From the NCBI GenBank assembly GCA_029263075.1, contig JAJCYE010000071.1, forward strand, positions 11,014 through 75,013: a stretch of 64,000 bases of DNA, read 5' to 3'. The translations under genes and the position numbers were made by a program. Numbering within the stretch: position 1 is the first letter of the stretch; each line of letters begins with the position of its first letter. Below the pieces are notes generated by a model that saw only the letters and a program-made list of their open reading frames with translations, made no database searches and was not told the DNA's origin. Below, in pieces: positions 1 to 9,025 of the stretch. The stretch is from Actinomycetes bacterium (GTDB lineage Bacteria > Actinomycetota > CADDZG01 > JAHWKV01).

Positions 1-405
1 GAAGTACTCAAGTTCGGGGCCGACGTAGTAGCTATAGCCGAGTTTGGCCGCATCTTTTAAGGTGCGTTTGAGCACCTGACGGGGGTCGCCGGCGAACGGG
101 GTGCCGTCGGGGTTCCATATGTCGCAGAACATTCGGGCCGAATCCGACCGTGATGGGTGGGCGGGCATGACCTGGAAGGTCGATGCATCCGGCCAGGCGA
201 TCATGTCCGACTCCTCGATGCGGGCAAAGCCCTCGATCGCAGAACCGTCAAACCCGATTCCCTCGGTCAGGGCCTCTTCCAGGTCGGTCGGCGTGATATC
301 GAAGGCCTTGAGAAAACCGAGGATGTCGGTGAACCAGAGGCGGACGAACTTGATGTTGCGTTCCTCAACCGTCTTTAGGACAAATTCTTGATCGGGTGTC
401 AGCAA
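1..405 (-). CDS. glnA: glutamine synthetase type I, N-terminal part (gene continues past window start)
   Basis: Reverse-strand translation starting at TTG 405-403 after a GGAGG RBS reads LTPDQEFVLKTVEERNIKFVRLWFTDILGFLKAFDITPTDLEEAL...GPELEYF, the typical GS-I N-terminal beta-grasp domain. Runs off the window edge. Confidence 0.85.
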   Translation of the reverse strand, partial: MLTPDQEFVLKTVEERNIKFVRLWFTDILGFLKAFDITPTDLEEALTEGIGFDGSAIEGFARIEESDMIAWPDASTFQVMPAHPSRSDSARMFCDIWNPDGTPFAGDPRQVLKRTLKDAAKLGYSYYVGPELEYF

Positions 406-453
406 AATTCCTCCAAAACCGGTACCCGCCGCACGGCAGGCACCCCCATTCGT

Positions 454-1110
454 CTAGCCGGCGAAGCGATATCCCACGTTTCTGACTGTCTCGATCATGT
501 GGGCTTCATGCCCAAGCTTGGCCCTCAACCGTCTCACATGAACGTCTACCGTACGGGTGCCTCCAAAAAAGTCGTAGCCCCAGACCTCGCTTAACAGTGC
601 ACTACGCGAACACACCCGGCCCGGTCTTTGGGCCAGATAGGCGATCAACTCGAACTCCTTGAACGTCAGGTCCAGGGTCTCGCCCCGTACCTTTACCTCG
701 AAGCGCTCCCGGTTGATGTTGATTTCCCCGCGCTTGATCACGTCCGATGACTCCACCTCCACCGGGGTGACCACCCTGCGGATCCGGGTGTCCAACTCGA
801 TGGAGGTGCAGCGGTCGGTTAAGAAGTCGGAGGCGCCGCAGTTCCAGTCGAAGGTGGCGAGAGACTCGTCGGAGAGCACCACGATAAAGGGGGCCTCGGT
901 TTCGCCCCGCAGCTTGCGGATGACGCCGGCGGCCTCCTCCGGACGCTCCCGTCCGTCCACCAGAACCAGGTCGGCCAATCTGCGACCGAGAAGATCCGGC
1001 GTGGCGTCGGCAAATGTGATCGGCTCAGGTGCCGGCCGTTTACCGGCGAGAGGGGAGAAGGACTCCTCGGGATCGGAACGCTGACTACTCAGCCAAAGTA
1101 GGCGAATCAT
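454..1110 (-). CDS. glnR: GlnR-type orphan OmpR-family response regulator with atypical receiver and winged-helix C-terminus
   Basis: C-terminus LDLTFKEFELIAYLAQRPGRVCSRSALLSEVWGYDFFGGTRTVDVHVRRLRAKLG...VRNVGYRF matches actinobacterial GlnR almost residue by residue. Receiver retains DLVLVDG but lacks the acidic pocket. Adjacent to glnA. Confidence 0.8.
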   Translation of the reverse strand: MIRLLWLSSQRSDPEESFSPLAGKRPAPEPITFADATPDLLGRRLADLVLVDGRERPEEAAGVIRKLRGETEAPFIVVLSDESLATFDWNCGASDFLTDRCTSIELDTRIRRVVTPVEVESSDVIKRGEININRERFEVKVRGETLDLTFKEFELIAYLAQRPGRVCSRSALLSEVWGYDFFGGTRTVDVHVRRLRAKLGHEAHMIETVRNVGYRFAG

Positions 1111-1199
1111 TAACAGCAGTCTAAGTGCTGATGCGGTAGCTGTGACGACCGTCGAATGTTGGACTCCCCTTGTTCTACCGAACTATAGGATAACTTGCC

Positions 1200-1988
1200 A
1201 TGTCCTCCGGATCGCAGGTCCCTGCTTCAGCGACGTCCCGAGCTGCCCTCGCCGGACTGGCTGCCGGGGCGGTGGGAGCGTCGATTTTGGGTCCGAGGAT
1301 CTTCGCCGGCTATGCAGCGGTGGGGCTGTTTTCGGGTGTAGGGCTCACTCTCAGGTCCCTCGGCACCTCCGGACGGTTCCTGCCGGGCTTGGCAGCCGGT
1401 CTGGTGGTCCTTTTCCCGCTGGCGGCGAGTGAGATGGGTGAGGAGGGGATTCTGCCGGCGGTCGCGGTAACCCTGATGGTGCTGGCCGCCGGGTTTATAG
1501 GCCGCGGCCTTAAGGGCGGGGCCGTCGGTTCAATGGCGCTCAGCCTGCTGGTGGTGCTGCATCTGGGCCTTCTCGGCTACTACCTGGTGCTGCTGGCGGC
1601 GTCTGGCAATCGTCTTCTGGGAGCCCTGTTCTTGATGGTGGCGGGGTTCGAGGTTGCCCACGGGCTGTTGGCCGGGCGGCAAAGCCCGAGGGCCGGCCGG
1701 CCCGCCATCGACCCGGTGGCAGCGGGCGCCGGGGTTGTGGCGTGCATTGCCTCGGCATTGGTAGCCAGCCTGTTTTTGGACTTCGGCCTCGGCCTCGACA
1801 GTTTTCTCCTCCTGGGAGCGGTGGTTGGTGCTTTTGCCGCCCTGGGGCATGTATCCGCGTCCGGGGCCATGGAGGACCTTTTTGGTGGTCGGGTGGGGGC
1901 TCCGAACCCCCGTGCCCTGGCCGCCCTGAATGCGCTGTTGTTCGCGGCCGGAGTTTTTTACTACGGGTTCAGGCTCTACCTGGCGTGA
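1200..1988 (+). CDS. hypothetical polytopic membrane protein (Ala/Gly/Leu-rich)
   Basis: 262-aa ORF with about 7 hydrophobic segments. No recognisable motif. Confidence 0.45.
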   Translation: MSSGSQVPASATSRAALAGLAAGAVGASILGPRIFAGYAAVGLFSGVGLTLRSLGTSGRFLPGLAAGLVVLFPLAASEMGEEGILPAVAVTLMVLAAGFIGRGLKGGAVGSMALSLLVVLHLGLLGYYLVLLAASGNRLLGALFLMVAGFEVAHGLLAGRQSPRAGRPAIDPVAAGAGVVACIASALVASLFLDFGLGLDSFLLLGAVVGAFAALGHVSASGAMEDLFGGRVGAPNPRALAALNALLFAAGVFYYGFRLYLA

Positions 1989-1995
1989 CATCCGC

Positions 1996-2379
1996 TCACG
2001 CTGGGGAGGTGGGGAGGGGATATGCCCTTGCCCTCTCCAGGGCGATGCGCAGGGCATCAAGAACGATGGTGGCGCAGTTCATCCGGTCCTCCGGGATTCC
2101 CCCCAGGGCGAAAGAAAGGTTGCCGGCGTTCAACATCTGGGCGGCGGTAATCGACGTGCCGATGACAAGCTCACAAACGGCATCCGCCGAGGCAATGGCG
2201 GTGGCGCAGCCCTGAGCCCGAAATCGGGCGTCGGCGATAACGCCGTCGACCACCTTTAGGGCCAGATGTACGACGTCGCCACAGGTTTCGTTGCCCGCCT
2301 GCGCCGCGCCCTGCGGCTGGTCCAGATCTCCGGCATGGGAAGGCTCCAGGAATCTGGCCATCAGCGCATCGCTGTACAT
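1996..2379 (-). CDS. IscU/SufU/NifU-like Fe-S cluster assembly scaffold
   Basis: MYSDALMARFLEPSHAGDLDQ...NETCGDVVHLALKVVDGVIADARFRAQGCATAIASADAV aligns with IscU (CGD ... GCxxxIAS motifs). Confidence 0.8.
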   Translation of the reverse strand: MYSDALMARFLEPSHAGDLDQPQGAAQAGNETCGDVVHLALKVVDGVIADARFRAQGCATAIASADAVCELVIGTSITAAQMLNAGNLSFALGGIPEDRMNCATIVLDALRIALERARAYPLPTSPA

Positions 2380-2453
2380 CTATCCACTCTAATGGAGGCC
2401 CCGTAGCTACCCGAGGCCCCCCGCAGCCCGGTAATGGTGCGTTACTCTGGGTC

Positions 2454-3590
2454 ATGCCTACTATCGAGCAAGTCCGTGACGTCCTGGCCACCATCAACGA
2501 CCCCGAGTTGCACCGCAGCATCGTGGAGTTGGGCATGGTGAAACAGATCGATGTCGCGGTGCCCCATGTGACGGTGGACCTGGCGTTGACCATCCCGGGC
2601 TGTCCTCTAAAGGCCTTCTTTCAGGAAGTACTCCCCGCGAAAATCCAGGCGTCCTTCCCGGAGATCACCCAGGTCACAGTGAACCTGGGCGCCATGACCG
2701 ACGAGGAGCGCAAAGCTCTGGTCGGCGGAGTCAAATCCGAAAGCCCGTCTTCCTTCGCCGGACCGCAGTCGCGGACTACGGTGCTCGCCGTCGGAAGCGG
2801 CAAGGGCGGTGTCGGAAAGTCCACCCTCACCGCCAACTTGGCGGCCGCTCTCGCGAAACGTGGCCACTCGGTTGGGCTGCTGGACGCGGACATCTGGGGA
2901 TTCTCGTCCTCACGGATGTTGGGGACCTCGGCCAAGCCGACGGTTATCGACGAGCGGCTGATTGTGCCGGTCGAAGCGTACGGCTTCAAGATGATCTCTA
3001 TGGGCAACCTGGTGGAGGACGACCGGCCGGTGGTCATGCGCGGCCCCATGCTCCACAAGATCCTTCAAAGCTTTCTTTCGGACGTGCACTGGGAGGAACC
3101 GGACTACCTATTGATAGACATGCCTCCCGGAACCGGCGACATCTCGCTTTCGCTTTCCCAGTTTGTCCCCGGGTGCTCGATCATCCTGGTCACCACCCCC
3201 CAGCAGGCTGCCGAGAAGGTTGCTGAGCGGGCCGGTCATATGGCCGGCAAAGTCGGAATGAAGGTGGCAGGGGTCATCGAGAACATGTCCTACGCCCTTT
3301 GTGATCACTGCGGAGAACGAACTCACCCCTTCGGCACCGGTGGAGGCAAGGAACTGGCTGAGACTTTCGGCGCCCCGCTTTTGGGTCAGATCCCCCTGGA
3401 CCCGCCCATGGGCGAATTGGCGGACCACGGCAAGCCGTCGGTCGTAGTCAGCCCGGACTCACCGTCGGCAAAGGCGTTCGAGGAAGTCACGGCGGCCTTG
3501 GTCGAGTTGATTCCGCCCAAGCCGAAGTCCCGGCCGAAGATTTCGTTGCCGATCATCATGAGTCCGTCGGCCCCGGCTCACAGCGGCTGA
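2454..3590 (+). CDS. apbC: Mrp/ApbC/NBP35 Fe-S cluster carrier ATPase with N-terminal MIP18/DUF59 domain
   Basis: DUF59-like N-terminus (INDPELHRSIVELGMV), P-loop VGSGKGGVGKSTLTANLA, and CxxC (CDHC) near the C-terminus. Confidence 0.9.
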   Translation: MPTIEQVRDVLATINDPELHRSIVELGMVKQIDVAVPHVTVDLALTIPGCPLKAFFQEVLPAKIQASFPEITQVTVNLGAMTDEERKALVGGVKSESPSSFAGPQSRTTVLAVGSGKGGVGKSTLTANLAAALAKRGHSVGLLDADIWGFSSSRMLGTSAKPTVIDERLIVPVEAYGFKMISMGNLVEDDRPVVMRGPMLHKILQSFLSDVHWEEPDYLLIDMPPGTGDISLSLSQFVPGCSIILVTTPQQAAEKVAERAGHMAGKVGMKVAGVIENMSYALCDHCGERTHPFGTGGGKELAETFGAPLLGQIPLDPPMGELADHGKPSVVVSPDSPSAKAFEEVTAALVELIPPKPKSRPKISLPIIMSPSAPAHSG

Positions 3591-3599
3591 GCAAGCCTC

Positions 3600-3958
3600 C
3601 GGCGCCTGATCGGCGGCGGGTTTCGGTGCCCGCATAGGGTCCGAAAAGCCAGTCCTGCGTCGTTCGAGAAAATCACTGGCCTATTGCCATATCACCTTGT
3701 ACGATACCGATGTCGTGTCCCCCTGTGGGGAGGCGATGATGTGTAGCGTTTGTCGTTTCTAGCGGGGTAGTGGAATTCTTGACGATTTCCTCGATTTGTC
3801 CCTCGCAAGGGGGTAGAAAACTTCCCAAATATGCAGTGTTGGAAGCAACTGATTCGTCCCGGATTTAGATCCTCCGGACGGTCGTGTCGTTCTGATAGAG
3901 TTTGCTAGACTCGCGTCAATTCACTTAGATTCGAAATGAAACGTAAGAGGAGGTAGTA
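3600..3958 (+). promoter_or_regulatory. lower-GC intergenic leader/promoter region upstream of the Cys-rich secreted protein; strong RBS AAGAGGAGG 7 nt before the ATG
   Basis: About 360 nt noticeably AT-richer than surroundings (ttgacgatttcc..., tagaaaac, aaatatgcag). Ends in aagaggaggtagtaATG. Confidence 0.4.
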
Positions 3959-4435
3959 ATGAAGAAGCTCACGGGACTACTGCTCGTGACTGTGATTGCA
4001 GGAGCGCTTTTCGCCGCTCTGGCTCTCCCGGCGTTTGCTGCCAGCAGCAACGCAGGTGGAGTTGTTGTCGAGTCCGGCGATGCGCCTGACTGTGTCGGCG
4101 GAAGCTGCGGCGGCGTCATCGTCGAGGACCCGGCCGGCATCGGCCCGGACTGCACCGGCGGTAACTGCGGCGGAAGCATCTGCCAGGGCCCGGACTGCGG
4201 AAGCTGCGCAGACGGTAACTGTGGTGGAAGCATCAGCGGACCCGGTACTCCGGCCAAGAGCCACACGGCTGCTGCGCCCCCCAAGGCCCTGCCTCGCACC
4301 GGTATCCCCACGGCTGCCACGCTTGCCCTGGGTGCCGGAATGATCCTGGTCGGACTGTTCTTCACCTTTGTGGAGCACCCCTCCACCAAAGTGGCGATGG
4401 CAGCAATGTCCTACCGCCCGAAGCGTCGTCTGTAA
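3959..4435 (+). CDS. secreted cysteine-rich repeat protein with LPXTG-type (LPRTG) sortase sorting signal
   Basis: Signal peptide MKKLTGLLLVTVIAGALFAALALPAFA. Repeats DCVGGSCGG / DCTGGNCGG / DCGSCADGNCGG. LPRTG followed by a hydrophobic span and an RPKRRL tail. Confidence 0.7.
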   Translation: MKKLTGLLLVTVIAGALFAALALPAFAASSNAGGVVVESGDAPDCVGGSCGGVIVEDPAGIGPDCTGGNCGGSICQGPDCGSCADGNCGGSISGPGTPAKSHTAAAPPKALPRTGIPTAATLALGAGMILVGLFFTFVEHPSTKVAMAAMSYRPKRRL

Positions 4436-4452
4436 CCAACTAGCTTCAACAA

Positions 4453-4483
4453 ACAGCCCCCGGAAACGGGGGCTGTTTTTTTT
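4453..4483 (+). terminator. rho-independent terminator (acagcccccg-gaaa-cgggggctgt + T8)
   Basis: Perfect 10-bp GC-rich stem, 4-nt loop, run of 8 T. Lies between the Cys-rich gene and the HTTM gene. Confidence 0.85.
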
Positions 4484-4500
4484 GTGCCATGAGCTAGGGT

Positions 4501-6078
4501 GTGCGTGAATTGAGCGCACCCGAATCTTCGCCCGAACTGCCGAACAAGCCGCCTTCGCCGCTGGCCCGACTGGCGGCGTCGCTGGGTTCGCCGGTGGACG
4601 CCGGTGCCCTCGCCTACTTCCGGATTGTTTTCGGGTTGGTACTCGCCTGGGAAGCGTACCGATACATGAGCTTCGGTTGGGTCGACAAGTACTACGTCGA
4701 CCGGCCGTTCTTGTTCGGTTACTGGCCTTTCGAATTCGTCAGGCCGTGGTCGGCCGACGGTCTGAGGGTGCATTTTGTCGTCCTGGTAGTAGCCGGCCTT
4801 CTCGTCAGTGCGGGCCTGTTCTACCGCCTGGCGACGGTTGTCGCGTTCTTGGGTGTGACCTACATGTTCTTGCTGGACAAGTCCCTGTACCTCAATCACA
4901 TCTATCTGGTTTGCCTTGTGGCGCTCGTGATGATGTTCCTCCCGGCCCATCGCCGCTGGTCGGTCGACGCCTTGCGCAGCACAGAAGTCGCTTGCGAGGT
5001 CGTTCCTGCCTGGATGTTGTGGCTTATCCGTTTCCAGATTGCCCTTCCGTACTTCTTCGGGGGGATATCCAAGCTCAACCCGGATTGGTTCCAGGGCCAG
5101 CCGTTGAAAATGTGGTTGGCGGATCAGACGGACTTCCCATTGATCGGCCACCTGTTCGTCCAGGACCCGGTTCCCCGGCTGATGACCTTCGGCGCCCTGG
5201 TGCTAGACCTGGGAGTGGTTCCGCTGCTCTTGTTCCGCAAGACGCGGCCCGTCGGATATGCGGCGGCGGTGGTATTTCATTTTCTGAACGCGAGGTTGTT
5301 CAACATCGGGATTTTCCCCTGGTTCATGATCGCGGCGACCGCGATCTTCTTCCCGCCCGACTGGCCCCGGCGGGTACTTAGGGATCTGAGGCGCAGACCG
5401 GAGTCGCTTCGATCGTTGGCCTGGTGGATCGGATTTGCGGGCGGAGCCTGGCTGGCGTGGTTCCTCCCGAAACGCTTTGAGGTGCCCCCAGTCGTCCTGG
5501 GGGGATTGGGCTGCGCCTTGGTTCTCTACAGCTTGGTAGAGCTCTTCCGGCCGCTTCCTGACGCTCCTGAGCCCGGCGGCGAGACGGGGGAGACCGCTTC
5601 CCTGGTAGCGAAGCGAGCGGACCGGCTTTCCCGCCCGGTTTCGGTGTTCCTGGCGCTTTGGGTTGCCTTCCATCTGCTGGTGCCCCTCAGGCACCTGGCG
5701 ATCCCGGGGAACACCTATTGGACCGAAGAGGGCCACCGTTTTTCGTGGATGATGCTGGTCCGATCTAAGGTCGGCACCACCCGCTACGTCATTACGGATA
5801 ACTCGAATGGCCGGACCTGGCAGGTCAATCCTGCGGTCTATCTGGCGCCGCATCAGCTTCAGGGGATGCGGGGCAAGCCGGACATGGTGCTTCAGTTCGC
5901 CCGCTACCTGCGGGATCGCCTCCACGAGGAGGGGCATACGGACGTCGAGGTCCGGGCGCTTACCAGCGTTTCGTTGAATGGGCGGGAGTGGCGTCCAATG
6001 GTCGATCCGGAAGTCGACCTTGCCGCAGCGCGGTGGCCGTGGTTCGGGCATGCCGATTGGATTTTGCCCGAGCGGTAG
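4501..6078 (+). CDS. HTTM-domain integral membrane protein, vitamin K-dependent gamma-glutamyl carboxylase-like
   Basis: N-terminal HTTM signature (LAYFRIVFGLVLAWEAY..., multiple TM). C-terminal NTYWTEEGHRFSWMMLVRSKVGTTRYVITDNSNGRTWQVNP resembles the conserved VKGC segment [41 protein letters not shown] (recalled from memory). GTG start is an assumption. Confidence 0.75.
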   Translation: MRELSAPESSPELPNKPPSPLARLAASLGSPVDAGALAYFRIVFGLVLAWEAYRYMSFGWVDKYYVDRPFLFGYWPFEFVRPWSADGLRVHFVVLVVAGLLVSAGLFYRLATVVAFLGVTYMFLLDKSLYLNHIYLVCLVALVMMFLPAHRRWSVDALRSTEVACEVVPAWMLWLIRFQIALPYFFGGISKLNPDWFQGQPLKMWLADQTDFPLIGHLFVQDPVPRLMTFGALVLDLGVVPLLLFRKTRPVGYAAAVVFHFLNARLFNIGIFPWFMIAATAIFFPPDWPRRVLRDLRRRPESLRSLAWWIGFAGGAWLAWFLPKRFEVPPVVLGGLGCALVLYSLVELFRPLPDAPEPGGETGETASLVAKRADRLSRPVSVFLALWVAFHLLVPLRHLAIPGNTYWTEEGHRFSWMMLVRSKVGTTRYVITDNSNGRTWQVNPAVYLAPHQLQGMRGKPDMVLQFARYLRDRLHEEGHTDVEVRALTSVSLNGREWRPMVDPEVDLAAARWPWFGHADWILPER

Positions 6079-6164
6079 GAATCTATGGGCGGCAGGTCAG
6101 ATACTCAGGCGTTTGAAACCCGGTTCGTGAAGCGCAATTCAGGTTTTGACAATGTAGGCCCAGC

Positions 6165-6197
6165 AAAAAGGGCGACCCCCGGAGGGGTCGCCCTTTT
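6165..6197. terminator. bidirectional intrinsic terminator (gggcgacccc-cgga-ggggtcgccc flanked by A5/T4)
   Basis: 10-bp GC stem with A-run upstream and T-run downstream. Serves the HTTM gene (+) and Gly-rich paralog 1 (-). Confidence 0.8.
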
Positions 6198-6214
6198 GTG
6201 AAGCTCGTCTTCTT

Positions 6215-6883
6215 TTAGCAGTCGTTGTTGGTGCCGGCGTCGGCACAAACGTCGCCGCTGTTGCCGGTCTCGCCGCTGTTGCCGGAGGTGCCGCCGTCGC
6301 CGGCGATGCCGGAGTCGCCGCCGACGCCACCTTCGCCACCGTCACCGGTGTCTGCGTCGCCGCCGTTACCTTCGCCGCCTTCGCCGCCTTCGCCGTTGCC
6401 ACCGTTGGCTCCGTTGCAACCTTCGCCGGTGTCGCCACCGCTACCGTCACAAGCACCGGTGCCGCCGTTGCCGCCTGCTCCGCCGCCGCCGTCGCCGCCG
6501 CCGGTGGTTGCACCTGCGTAGGCTCCGCTGCCGCCGGCTGCTCCGCCGCCGCCACCTGCGCCGCCGTTGCCGCCACCTGCGCCACCTGCGCCACCTGCGC
6601 CTGCTCCGCCGCCGCCGCCGTCGCCGCTACCGCCGGCCGCCGGGCCGGATGCGCCGCCTGCTCCGCCGGCTCCACCGTCTCCGGATGCGCCGCCTTCGCC
6701 GCCACTGCCGGTCTCACCGGAGTCGCCGCTGCTGCCGGATTCGAGGCTGAAGTCCTGCGAGCACTCGGCTTCGTCGGATCCGGCACCTGAGACGTCACAG
6801 TCGTTCTCTGCAGCCGCCGTGGGCATCAGCAGCGCTGAAACCATGGCGAGCATCATGAGCGTACCAAACAGCTTCTTGATCAT
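6215..6883 (-). CDS. secreted acidic Gly-rich repeat protein, paralog 1 (PGRS-like GGAGGNGG repeats, 6 conserved Cys)
   Basis: Signal peptide MIKKLFGTLMMLAMVSALLMPTAAA. Mature N-terminus ENDCDVSGAGSDEAECSQDF. Central GACDGSGGDTGEGCNG. C-terminus CADAGTNNDC. RBS GGAGG 8 nt upstream of ATG 6883. Confidence 0.8.
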   Translation of the reverse strand: MIKKLFGTLMMLAMVSALLMPTAAAENDCDVSGAGSDEAECSQDFSLESGSSGDSGETGSGGEGGASGDGGAGGAGGASGPAAGGSGDGGGGGAGAGGAGGAGGGNGGAGGGGGAAGGSGAYAGATTGGGDGGGGAGGNGGTGACDGSGGDTGEGCNGANGGNGEGGEGGEGNGGDADTGDGGEGGVGGDSGIAGDGGTSGNSGETGNSGDVCADAGTNNDC

Positions 6884-7036
6884 TACTGGTTACCTCCTAG
6901 GAACGGTTGGTGCCAGATGTCCTTGGGACACCGTGAGAAATCTATCCTCAGGGATGCGGCTTGGCAACCCCATTTGGGGGTGCCAGGAGGTAATTCTTAT
7001 GAGGAGTAGGAGTTTGGCTGGTTTGGCGAGAAAGAC

Positions 7037-7067
7037 GAAGGCCCCCGGGGAATCCCCGGGGGCCTTC
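7037..7067 (-). terminator. intrinsic terminator hairpin (14-bp stem gaaggcccccgggg/ccccgggggccttc) after paralog 2
   Basis: Perfect 14-bp inverted repeat with a 3-nt loop, then a T-rich tract on the minus strand. Confidence 0.6.
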
Positions 7068-7127
7068 GGTGTGACCTGATATGGAGTTGAGGGCTTGGCC
7101 CTCCGCTCCTAAATCACAGGTCTCGTT

Positions 7128-7796
7128 TTAGCAGTCGTTGTCGGTGCCGGCGTCGGCACATGCGTCGCCGCTGTTGCCGGTCTCGCCGCTGTCGCCGGAG
7201 GTGCCGCCGTTACCAGCGTTGCCGCTGACGCCGCCTTCGCCGCCGTTGCCAGCGTCGCCGGTGTCGGCGTCGCCGCCGTTACCTTCGCCGCCTTCGCCGC
7301 CTTCGCCGTCGCCGCCGTTGCCGCCGTTGCAGCCTTCGCCGTTGTCGCCGCCGCTGCCGTCACATGCGCCGTCGCCGCCGGTGCCACCTGCGCCGCCGCC
7401 GCCGTTACCGCCACCGGTGGTTGCGCCCGAGTAGTCGCCGCTGCCGCCGGCTGCTCCGCCGCCGCCACCTGCGCCACCGTTACCGCCACCTGCGCCACCG
7501 TCGCCGGCTGCGCCAGCTCCGCCGCCGCCGCCGTTGCCGCTGCCGCCGGCTGCTGCACCGGTGTCTCCACCAGCGCCGCCTTCGCCGCCAGCGCCGGACT
7601 CGCCGCCGTCGCCGCCACTGCCGGTCTCACCGGAGTCGCCGCTGCCGCCGGTCTCGAGGCTGAAGTCCTGCGAGCACTCGGCTTCGTCGGCTCCGGCACC
7701 TGAGACGTCACAGTCGTTCTCTGCAGCCGCCGTGGGCATCAGCAGAGCTGAAACCATGGCGAGCATCATGAGCATGCCAAAAAGCTTCTTGATCAT
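7128..7796 (-). CDS. secreted acidic Gly-rich repeat protein, paralog 2
   Basis: MIKKLFGMLMMLAMVSALLMPTAAAENDCDVSGAGADEAECSQDF...CADAGTDNDC. Same length and architecture as paralog 1. Confidence 0.8.
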   Translation of the reverse strand: MIKKLFGMLMMLAMVSALLMPTAAAENDCDVSGAGADEAECSQDFSLETGGSGDSGETGSGGDGGESGAGGEGGAGGDTGAAAGGSGNGGGGGAGAAGDGGAGGGNGGAGGGGGAAGGSGDYSGATTGGGNGGGGAGGTGGDGACDGSGGDNGEGCNGGNGGDGEGGEGGEGNGGDADTGDAGNGGEGGVSGNAGNGGTSGDSGETGNSGDACADAGTDNDC

Positions 7797-8033
7797 TGCG
7801 TGCTACCTCCCTGTTGCGTTGTCTTCTGACTTGGTGTTGCAGCGTTGCCTGATTGCTTGCTATCTCGATTCCCGCAACCCCATGGGACTTGCCGTGCACC
7901 TTATGCACCGTGGCGCCTAGGAACACTGTCCCCGAAGTTACGGCGTGACTCTATCAGGTTGGTTGGTCGGGAAGGTGGGAAGCCGCGAAGAAATCTTATA
8001 GACGGGTCGACGGGAGCAGCGCGGCTAGGAAAC

Positions 8034-8063
8034 AAAAAGGACGACCCGAAGGTCGTCCTTTTT
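8034..8063. terminator. bidirectional intrinsic terminator (ggacgacc-cgaa-ggtcgtcc flanked by A5/T5)
   Basis: Hairpin with flanking A and T runs, immediately after the stop of paralog 3. Confidence 0.75.
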
Positions 8064-8105
8064 GTTAGCCATTGCCCCGCACTTCATGTGCGGGACTCAA
8101 CGTCT

Positions 8106-8774
8106 TTAGCAGTCGTTGGTGTCAGCCTCGGCACATGCGTCGCCGGTGCTTCCGGAGTCGCCGGTGGTGCCGGAGTCGCCGCCGGTGCCTGCGTCGCCGG
8201 AGTCGCCACCGATGCCGCCTTCGCCGCCGTTGCCGGTGTCAGCGCTGCCGCCGTCACCTTCGCCGCCTTCGCCGCCGGTGCCGTCGCCGCCGTCGCCGCC
8301 GGTGCAACCAGCACCGTCGTCGCCGCCGCTACCGTCACATGCGCCGTCGCCGCCAGCGCCACCTGCGCCGCCGCCGCCGTTACCGCCACCAGTGGTAGCG
8401 CCCGAGTAAGCGCCGCTGCCGCCGGCTGCTCCGCCGCCGCCACCTGCGCCGCCGTTGCCGCCACCTGCGCCGCCGTCGCCGGCTGCGCCTGCGCCGCCGC
8501 CGCCGCCGTCGCCGCTACCGCCTGCTGCCGCACCGCTGGTGCCGCCGGTTCCGCCTGCGCCGGCTACGCCGGAGTTGCCACCTGCGCCACCCTCGCCGCT
8601 CTCGCCGGTAGCGCCGGAGTCGCCGGTGCCCAGTTCGTAGCTCTGCTCGCAGCTGGCTTCGTCTTCGCCGGCACCTGAAACGTCACAGTCGTTCTCTGCT
8701 GCTGCGGTCGGAACCAGAAGTGCGGCCGCGAGGGCCAGCATCATCAGCATTCCGAGGAGATTCTTGATCCTCAT
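8106..8774 (-). CDS. secreted acidic Gly-rich repeat protein, paralog 3 (most divergent N-terminus)
   Basis: MRIKNLLGMLMMLALAAALLVPTAAAENDCDVSGAGEDEASCEQSYELG...CAEADTNDC. Confidence 0.8.
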   Translation of the reverse strand: MRIKNLLGMLMMLALAAALLVPTAAAENDCDVSGAGEDEASCEQSYELGTGDSGATGESGEGGAGGNSGVAGAGGTGGTSGAAAGGSGDGGGGGAGAAGDGGAGGGNGGAGGGGGAAGGSGAYSGATTGGGNGGGGAGGAGGDGACDGSGGDDGAGCTGGDGGDGTGGEGGEGDGGSADTGNGGEGGIGGDSGDAGTGGDSGTTGDSGSTGDACAEADTNDC

Positions 8775-8957
8775 TCTGTGTGTCCTCCTTGTAGTTCTTC
8801 TAAAGCGGCTCCCAGAGGAGCCGTGATGCGTGCTTCAAACAAGGCATGAAGTTATGCAGCTTCACGCTGTGCTCGGGGAGTCTATCAAAACGCTTGGTCG
8901 GAATGGTGCCAGAACGGGAAGAAATATTCAGGGGTGTAGCGGTCCCAAAGGACGCGC

Positions 8958-8985
8958 AAAGGGCGGCCCGTTGGGCCGCCCTTTG
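8958..8985 (-). terminator. intrinsic terminator hairpin (gggcggccc-gtt-gggccgccc + TTTG) after paralog 4
   Basis: 9-bp GC stem, 3-nt loop, short T tract. Confidence 0.6.
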
Positions 8986-9025
8986 ATGTTGAGTGTTGCT
9001 TTAGTGCATTGCCGAGATCGGCTGC

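Noticed and set aside
1530-2593. Overlapping ORFs 1530..2060(-), 1742..2215(+), 2171..2593(-)
   Set aside because: No motifs and low-complexity products. They overlap the better-supported membrane protein and IscU-like genes.
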